A stretch of DNA of 64,000 bases from an uncultured bacterium (lineage in GTDB: Bacteria; Omnitrophota; Gorgyraeia; Zapsychrales; Aceulaceae). A program made the translations under genes and the position numbers. The notes under the pieces were generated by a model. That model searched no databases, had not been told where the DNA came from, and saw nothing but the letters and a program-made list of their open reading frames with translations. The stretch is from the NCBI GenBank assembly GCA_937930175.1, contig CALGLP010000006.1:129749-193748 (forward strand), read 5' to 3'. This document shows, in pieces, positions 58,089 to 64,000 of this stretch. Position 1 is the stretch's first letter, and every line of letters starts with the position of its first letter.

Positions 58089-59210
58089 TTAAAGAACTGC
58101 ATAACATACAGTTTCATATTCCAGTTTTGTATGATGCCTTAAATAAATTTTATATTCCGGGACCAATTCTTTTATATAAAGCGGGATTTCCCATAAATGT
58201 TTAAAATCATGATAAACGCATATAGCTAGCTTAGGTTTTTGAGTCTTAATAATGCTTTTAGATCCTTTCAGCGCTTGCAGCTCTGCTCCTTCAATATCCA
58301 TTTTAATAAACGTAACTTTTTCATTTTTCAACATCTCATCAAGTGGAACCACATGGCCGCGGGCTTCACCTTCACCAATAGTGCTTTGGGACTGGCTAAT
58401 ACTATAAGCGATGTCGCTTTCACGATCCCATAATCCTAGTTCAAAGATTCTGATCCGGTCGCAATTAGGCATATTTTTTACATTATCGTTCAATAAGCGA
58501 AAGTTGATTGAATTAACCTCAAAGGAGAAAATATTCTCAAATTTTCCGTTTACACGCTTAATAAAATCTTTAACCGTATCCCCATTAAAAGCTCCAACGT
58601 CAATAAAGCTTTCATGATCGGATAGCTTGATTATATTTGCAGGAAAGTACTGATTTTTCTCACAAACATCTGCCATGACGCCAATATCTTCTCCATTGCT
58701 CAAAACTCGATTAACAATAGCATGAAAAACTTTTTTAGATTGTTCATCTGATAAAATCTTGCAAGCTTGGCATAGTTTATCTCCAATTTCTAAGCAATTC
58801 TGATCTAGAAGGAAATTAGAGGTAATAAGATCGTACTTATAGATTTGATTAACCAATGGAAATCCACTTTCGATCAAGTTCTTAAAAACTGGTTCAAAAT
58901 CGCCAATCGTAATAAAGACAGCGCTCCTATTCTTTATTTTTACTAATTCTTGAAAAGAAAGGCATTTTGTACCACAAAAATACTTCCCCCATTTGACGCT
59001 GTCGCTATCGCAGCAATAATCGACTTTTCGCCCAACATATGCATTCCAAGTGTCAACAATACTATTGAAAATTGCGCCGCAACCATAAAACACGATATAA
59101 TCGTAATGTTTTACTAAGTCTTTAATTTCCTGCCGATAGTTTCTTTTTCTTTTTAACAATTCAGCAAAATGGTCGCGTAGTTGTGAATGATCATGCAGCA
59201 TTGTCATCAT
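58089..59210 (-). CDS. FkbM-family methyltransferase with N-terminal extension domain
   Basis: C-terminal FIDVGAFNGDT…FIKMDIEGAE FkbM signature. About 150-aa N-terminal domain of unknown function. Confidence 0.7.
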   Translation of the reverse strand: MMTMLHDHSQLRDHFAELLKRKRNYRQEIKDLVKHYDYIVFYGCGAIFNSIVDTWNAYVGRKVDYCCDSDSVKWGKYFCGTKCLSFQELVKIKNRSAVFITIGDFEPVFKNLIESGFPLVNQIYKYDLITSNFLLDQNCLEIGDKLCQACKILSDEQSKKVFHAIVNRVLSNGEDIGVMADVCEKNQYFPANIIKLSDHESFIDVGAFNGDTVKDFIKRVNGKFENIFSFEVNSINFRLLNDNVKNMPNCDRIRIFELGLWDRESDIAYSISQSQSTIGEGEARGHVVPLDEMLKNEKVTFIKMDIEGAELQALKGSKSIIKTQKPKLAICVYHDFKHLWEIPLYIKELVPEYKIYLRHHTKLEYETVCYAVL

Positions 59211-59673
59211 TCTCCTGATTTTTCACAATCCATTCCAGTAACTCCCAGACACATCCTTCGCCCCCGCGAGCGGAGAGCTTGATTGCTGCAAGCTCTCTGA
59301 CTTCCGAGCTGGCATTTGACGGACAAGCCGAAAATTTCACCGCCTTCATAACATCGACATCGTGCTTAGAATCGCCCAAATAGCAGATAGCATCAGCGCT
59401 CAATCCGGTTTTATCAATGATTTTCTGTAACGCTAGAATTTTATTTTTACACCCGTTATAGAAAAAATCCGGTTTGAAACGTTCTTTGAAAACTAATGTG
59501 ATAGGAGTGTTTTCACCGGTTATTAAGCCAACCAAGAGCTTTTGCCTTTTCATTTCAAATATTGCGTCGATATCTTTAAAGTTAATGGTTTTATATTCAT
59601 TCCCATGGGAGTCTATTGTAGCTTTGCCATCAGTTAATACCCCATCAATATCAAGCAAGATGAGCTTTATCAT
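59191..59673 (-). CDS. HAD-IIIA phosphatase, KdsC-like (3-deoxy-ulosonate phosphate phosphatase family)
   Basis: 160 aa. LILLDIDGVLTDGK motif I and GDSKHD(V)D motif, as in KdsC / KDN-9-P phosphatases. Confidence 0.7.
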   Translation of the reverse strand: MIKLILLDIDGVLTDGKATIDSHGNEYKTINFKDIDAIFEMKRQKLLVGLITGENTPITLVFKERFKPDFFYNGCKNKILALQKIIDKTGLSADAICYLGDSKHDVDVMKAVKFSACPSNASSEVRELAAIKLSARGGEGCVWELLEWIVKNQENDDNAA

Positions 59674-61463
59674 GGTTTTTTTCCTTTGATGATCATATTC
59701 TGCTCAAGCTCTTGAGCTGAAAGATATGGCCACATATCCTCGAGCGGCTTGGAAATCATATTGCCATCAGGTAGTTTCATGGCTTGAACTTTTGGCGCAG
59801 TAATATGGAACTCAGAAACCTTAATGCTGCATAACACAGGGTCGTCTCCATCGAGAGTTTTTGCAATAGTTGTTTTTAATTCTTTATGATTAGTTGCTTG
59901 TTCGTGACGAATACCATAGGCTTGAGCTATCGCTTGTAAATTTGGTAACGTGAGTCCACTGCTTGGCTCTGAACCTACATAAAAACCATTAAACATATTT
60001 TTTTGTGTCGTCATAATGCTGCCATAGCCATTGTTTTCAAGAATAAACATTTTGATCGGCAGTTTCAATCTTACCACAGTTTCTAGCTCTTGAATGTTTA
60101 ATTGAAAAGCGCCATCTCCATTGATGAGAATGGTGCGCTTTCGTTGCTGTGAGATACAAGCGCCGATTGCATAAGGCAGGCCAAATCCCATGGCGCCAAG
60201 GCCAGCGGCATTTCTAATCTTCTGTCCTTTTTTAACGCAAGCGGCTTGATAGGTAACTTCACCAGCCGCTCCAGAACTTTCAGGCGTTATAATATCATCA
60301 GCAGTCAGTTGCTGGAAAAGCATTTCTGTAAAAACGTATAAATTAATATTTTCATCGGAATTGCGATATTCGTCTAAGACCACCGGATACCGTTTCTTAA
60401 GCTGCTGACAATAAGATAACCAGTCGCTGTGGTCAGGTGATTTAATATCTACTTGTTGTTCACACAGTGAGCGCAAGAAGTGACCAGCATCTGCGACAAT
60501 AGGAAGATCGATATGTGCGATTTTATGGATTTCAGCTTCGTCGATATCAACCATGATCTTTTTCGCATTTTTACCAAAGTTCGCGCTGTTGAAGGCGGTG
60601 ATACTAGGGTCAAGGCGACTTCCTAAGATGATCAAAAGATCGCAATTTTGTACGATGAAATTTGCATAGCGACATCCCATGATGCCAGGGCTACCAAAAT
60701 TCAAAGGATGGTTAGAATCTAAGAAATCTATTGTTTTCCAGGTGAGCACCATTGGAATTTGATGCTTTTCCGCAAAGCAGCTCAAGGCTTCTTCTGCCTC
60801 AGCCAGCTTGACCCCGTTTCCCACCAGAATAAGTGGTCGCTTTGCATGATTCAAGAGGTTGATAATTTCGGTTATGGAGAGAGGCGCTGGATCAATAAGC
60901 TCGTTATGCTTATTGGAAAATCCCTGTAACCCTGTTTCGTCAATCATTGTCGCTTGGACATCAAGAGGAATGTCTAGCCACACTGGCCCCATCCTCCCGC
61001 TTGTTGCCAAATGCCAAGCCTTTTCCAAGTGATAGCGAATGTCATTGGGATCTAAGACAGTAATCGCGTATTTCGTGATACACGATATCATGGCAACGAT
61101 ATCAACTTCTTGAGATCCTTTTTGGCGGATACCACTGTTACCTTTAAGATCTGAACGTTTTGCTTGGCCGGAGATAAATATGCAAGGAGTTGAATCAATG
61201 TAAGCCGCTGCCACGCCGGTAATGGTATTGGTGCTCCCCGGGCCTGAGGTAACTAACCCTACCCCTGGAAAACTCGTGAATTGGCCATAGCTTTCTGCTG
61301 CAATGGCGAGCGCTTGTTCATGAAGAAAGCAGGTATATTCCAAGTCCTTGCATCGACCAAGAGAATCATCCAGGTGCATGGCCCCGCCACCGGGTAACAT
61401 AAAAACATGGCGAACTCCCCTGGCAACCAAGAAATTCATTACATAATCTGAAAGTTTTATCAT
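59670..61463 (-). CDS. thiamine-pyrophosphate-dependent acetolactate-synthase-family enzyme (YerE-like sugar C-branching enzyme candidate)
   Basis: 597 aa. Three-domain TPP enzyme (N-terminal PYR domain …MLPGGG…, central domain, C-terminal TPP-binding GDGAFQ…NN motif). Located inside a deoxysugar operon. Confidence 0.6.
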   Translation of the reverse strand: MIKLSDYVMNFLVARGVRHVFMLPGGGAMHLDDSLGRCKDLEYTCFLHEQALAIAAESYGQFTSFPGVGLVTSGPGSTNTITGVAAAYIDSTPCIFISGQAKRSDLKGNSGIRQKGSQEVDIVAMISCITKYAITVLDPNDIRYHLEKAWHLATSGRMGPVWLDIPLDVQATMIDETGLQGFSNKHNELIDPAPLSITEIINLLNHAKRPLILVGNGVKLAEAEEALSCFAEKHQIPMVLTWKTIDFLDSNHPLNFGSPGIMGCRYANFIVQNCDLLIILGSRLDPSITAFNSANFGKNAKKIMVDIDEAEIHKIAHIDLPIVADAGHFLRSLCEQQVDIKSPDHSDWLSYCQQLKKRYPVVLDEYRNSDENINLYVFTEMLFQQLTADDIITPESSGAAGEVTYQAACVKKGQKIRNAAGLGAMGFGLPYAIGACISQQRKRTILINGDGAFQLNIQELETVVRLKLPIKMFILENNGYGSIMTTQKNMFNGFYVGSEPSSGLTLPNLQAIAQAYGIRHEQATNHKELKTTIAKTLDGDDPVLCSIKVSEFHITAPKVQAMKLPDGNMISKPLEDMWPYLSAQELEQNMIIKGKKP

Positions 61464-61504
61464 GAGTAACTTTCTTAACCCATTTTAAGGAAATACCGAA
61501 TAGA

Positions 61505-62374
61505 TTATTTATTCACCCGACGTAGTTTCTTTAAGACCGGGATTTCTCTCTCGTAAACGCGTTTAATCCCATCCCCCAGAGAAGACTCTATCAAGCGAAT
61601 ATCGCGCACAAGGATCTCAAATCCGTGAGCGCCTAAAGATGCGGCTTGATCAGACCCCCACATGGAGCGATCAAGGGTAATGTGCCGCTCAATCATGCAA
61701 GCCCCTAGTGATGTGGCGGCCACAGACGTGGCGATGCCCGTTTCATGCCCGGAATACCCAATAGGGACTTTATAGCGATCTTTCAAAGTTTTAATGACCC
61801 GTAGATTTAACTCATCATAATTTGCTGGGTATGTGCTTGTCGTGTGTAAAATGATTAGATTTTCTTTGCCTAAAATCTCCACCGCATGATCAATTTGTTC
61901 AATTATGCTCATGCCCGTAGACAATATGATGGGTTTTTTCTTTGTTCGGTGGTAGCGAAGCAGGTCGTCATCGGTCAGAGTCGCCGAGGCGATCTTGTAG
62001 CAAGGCACGTCAAATTGGTCGATAAAATCAATGGATTTTTCATCCCAGCAGGAGGCAAACCAAGGTATTTTTTTTTCTTGGCAATAGCGATCGATCTCCT
62101 GATAGTCTTCCAGTTCCAGCTCCAAACCATATTTTAAATCACCATTTGTAGGACCGAAATAGTTTTCTCGGGGGAGACTTAACTCTTCAGCCGTATACAC
62201 TTGGTCGATGGTACGTTTTTGAAATTTAACAGCATTGCATCCGGCTTTGATTGCGGCATCGATGAGGTTCTTAGCTATCGCAACATCACCATTGTGGTTA
62301 ATGCCTATTTCGGCGACAATGTAACAGGGATGATTGTCGCCTACGAGGGTATTGCCTATCTTTACCTCTGCCAT
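61505..62374 (-). CDS. NeuB-family PEP-dependent sugar aldolase (N-acetylneuraminate/KDN-9-P synthase-like, no SAF domain)
   Basis: 289 aa. IVAEIGINHNGD…KFQ… TIM-barrel NeuB motifs. Lacks the C-terminal antifreeze-like domain. Confidence 0.7.
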   Translation of the reverse strand: MAEVKIGNTLVGDNHPCYIVAEIGINHNGDVAIAKNLIDAAIKAGCNAVKFQKRTIDQVYTAEELSLPRENYFGPTNGDLKYGLELELEDYQEIDRYCQEKKIPWFASCWDEKSIDFIDQFDVPCYKIASATLTDDDLLRYHRTKKKPIILSTGMSIIEQIDHAVEILGKENLIILHTTSTYPANYDELNLRVIKTLKDRYKVPIGYSGHETGIATSVAATSLGACMIERHITLDRSMWGSDQAASLGAHGFEILVRDIRLIESSLGDGIKRVYEREIPVLKKLRRVNK

Positions 62375-62404
62375 TTCTTCTCCTTTTTCAGGTTAGTAGA
62401 AAAT

Positions 62405-63460
62405 TTATCTAGCAACATCATCTTGGGAGCGATAAAAATCTGTCATCTTTCGGATGCCATCTTGCAGGCTAATCCATTGACGCAAACCTAATTCTTTCTC
62501 TGCCAAGCGGGTATCCGGAACATAGCGTTCAACAGGACAGCGCTTGTTTCTTATTTTATTTTGAATTCTTATTTCTATTTTCGGAGAAAAAGTTTTTGCC
62601 ACTAAATTTGCTAAGGTCAAGATCGAACAAGCTTTAGATGACCCAACATTGTATGGCTTATTCGGCTTTCCTAAAAGTAAAATGGTCCAAAGCCAGATCA
62701 TAAGATCAGCCGAATATAGATATGCGCGATAAACAGGTTTGTCGCTTTTTACGTTGATCGGCCCACCTATCAAGGCGTCTCTTACGAAATTCCCGGCGGC
62801 AAAATTAATGTTTAACGGTAATTTGGGTCCTAAGAAAGCGAAACACCTTGCTATTTTAACATTGATACCGAATTCTTGGGCATAATTTGTACAATAAAAT
62901 TCAGAAGCTCTTTTGCTCTTGGCATATGCTGAATGACCATGACGGATGAGCGGAGATCCTTGATAATGCTCTGGGATGCGCAACATGGCAGAGGGTTGCT
63001 TTCCATAAACAGCACCGGAGCTAATGAAAAGAAAGGCATCATTCTGACTGACTTTGGCAAAATCAAGGACTCTTTGTGTGCCGAGTATGTTATTGTTAAA
63101 CAAATCCAATGAAGACGAAGAAGGATTGTTATCTGTTGCCGCATGAACGATGTAGTGATGCTGTCCTTTGGGGAATCGAAAAGAGCGCATATCCCCTTTC
63201 AGAAAGTTTACAGATTTAATTTTATAAAAATGAGGATTATTTCTTTTAAAACGCTCAGGATTTCGTGATAATACAATCGCAGAAGAGTTAAGCTTGAGGC
63301 GTTCGTTGATCCAGACAAAGCTCTCGAGCAACCATGACCCAAAGAATCCAGTCCCGCCTGTAATAAAAAATTTCTTTTTATAAACATTTTTAAATAAAAT
63401 GCGCGTTTTGTTTAGTATGTGATCGAGATCTTCTTGAGGTAGGCTCATGGAATTACGCAT
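62405..63460 (-). CDS. NAD-dependent epimerase/dehydratase-family SDR (candidate NDP-sugar 4-ketoreductase/epimerase)
   Basis: 351 aa. TGGTGFFGSW Rossmann motif, extended SDR. Confidence 0.65.
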   Translation of the reverse strand: MRNSMSLPQEDLDHILNKTRILFKNVYKKKFFITGGTGFFGSWLLESFVWINERLKLNSSAIVLSRNPERFKRNNPHFYKIKSVNFLKGDMRSFRFPKGQHHYIVHAATDNNPSSSSLDLFNNNILGTQRVLDFAKVSQNDAFLFISSGAVYGKQPSAMLRIPEHYQGSPLIRHGHSAYAKSKRASEFYCTNYAQEFGINVKIARCFAFLGPKLPLNINFAAGNFVRDALIGGPINVKSDKPVYRAYLYSADLMIWLWTILLLGKPNKPYNVGSSKACSILTLANLVAKTFSPKIEIRIQNKIRNKRCPVERYVPDTRLAEKELGLRQWISLQDGIRKMTDFYRSQDDVAR

Positions 63461-64000
63461 TGCTCTTAGAAAAATAAGTAAGGTACCACGGGAGAGTCTT
63501 TTTTAGGCCATCGCGTAGATTATAAGTTGGCTTCCATCCTAGAATGCGGTGGGCTTTTGCTGCAGAAAGAGACTGTTCTTTTATTTCATAACGTGCCTTA
63601 TTGAGAATCCTGTAGTTTGGTTTTTTGTCCATAAAACGATAAATCATATTGACTATATCAATAACTGTTTTAGGTCTTTCATTACTCAAATTAAAGGCCT
63701 CCCCTGCGAGGCTTAGAGATTTTAATTTTTCTGCGACAAGAATATACCCCGCAACAACATCATCTATAAAGATATAGTCACGGGTAAATTTGCCGTTACT
63801 GCGAATGAGGAGTGTTTCTTTTTTGTGCGCGCAGCGGATTGTTTCTGGAACGATTCGTGAGAAATGAAAATCGCCGGGGCCGTAGATGTTGCCACATCTG
63901 GTGACAGCTACCGGTAAGCGATAGGTATGGAAATAGGTCTGTGCGATTAAATCGGCACAACTTTTAGAAACATCATAAGGATGGTTGGCGAGCAGCGGCG
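63453..64000 (-). CDS. ddhB: CDP-glucose 4,6-dehydratase-like (DdhB/RfbG), C-terminal part; gene continues past the window end
   Basis: Continuous reading frame to position 64000 (…PYDVSKSCADLIAQTYFHTYRLPVAVTRCGNIYGPGD…). YxxxK active site and pattern match CDP-glucose 4,6-dehydratases. 8-bp overlap with the downstream SDR. Confidence 0.6.
   Translation of the reverse strand, partial: PLLANHPYDVSKSCADLIAQTYFHTYRLPVAVTRCGNIYGPGDFHFSRIVPETIRCAHKKETLLIRSNGKFTRDYIFIDDVVAGYILVAEKLKSLSLAGEAFNLSNERPKTVIDIVNMIYRFMDKKPNYRILNKARYEIKEQSLSAAKAHRILGWKPTYNLRDGLKKTLPWYLTYFSKSNA

Noticed and set aside
1-64000. CRISPR arrays, insertion sequences, integrases, phage genes
   Set aside because: No spacer-repeat periodicity, transposase or integrase-like ORFs, or terminal inverted repeats were seen. 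The only mobile-element-like trace is the tRNA-Thr 3' fragment.

Overview
Bacterial chromosomal window, about 42% GC, almost entirely coding, with most genes on the minus strand. The lineage looks uncultivated (fused SecDF, GatCAB, PPi-type PFK, many type IV pilins); I cannot assign the taxon from sequence alone. Positions 1-39 kb are a housekeeping core. It contains gpsA, an E. coli-like tRNA array (Thr-Tyr-Gly) plus tRNA-Pro, tRNA-Met and tRNA-Ala, and a PPi-dependent phosphofructokinase. It also holds nnr-acpS-pdxJ, cdaA, the folP-ftsH-tilS block, tsaD, ctpA, gatCAB, the ksgA-pdxA-surA block, an N-terminally truncated mfd, secDF-yajC, rpsP, hisDBHAFI followed by a trpE/pabB-family gene, alaS-recX-recA and rsmE. 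Two PilZ-domain proteins and a bactofilin fused to an excisionase-type HTH domain sit in this core. Positions 39.5-49.8 kb are a complete type IV pilus assembly operon: a small HTH ORF not in the supplied ORF track, a PilM-PilN fusion, PilO, PilP, secretin PilQ, ATPase PilB, platform PilC and four prepilins. After a tRNA-Ala comes a fifth pilin whose C-terminus carries 2.6 copies of a 27-aa Thr/Pro-rich tandem repeat. Positions 50-64 kb, adjacent to and partly divergent from the pilus operon, are the most unusual part. A large GT-C-like polytopic membrane glycosyltransferase faces a 12-gene sugar-biosynthesis operon. That operon mixes 3,6-dideoxyhexose enzymes (CDP-glucose 4,6-dehydratase DdhB, E1 dehydrase RfbH/DdhC) with a YerE-like TPP branching enzyme, a TylCIII-type sugar C-methyltransferase and an FkbM methyltransferase. 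It also has two consecutive radical-SAM/SPASM enzymes, a NeuB-like PEP aldolase, a KdsC-like phosphatase, an SDR, a GtrA-like flippase and a polyprenol-phosphate-sugar GT2. I read this as a probably undescribed periplasmic glycosylation system making a heavily modified, branched deoxysugar, plausibly decorating the Thr/Pro-repeat pilin. All functional calls are from motif and domain recognition in the translated ORFs. No database search was run.
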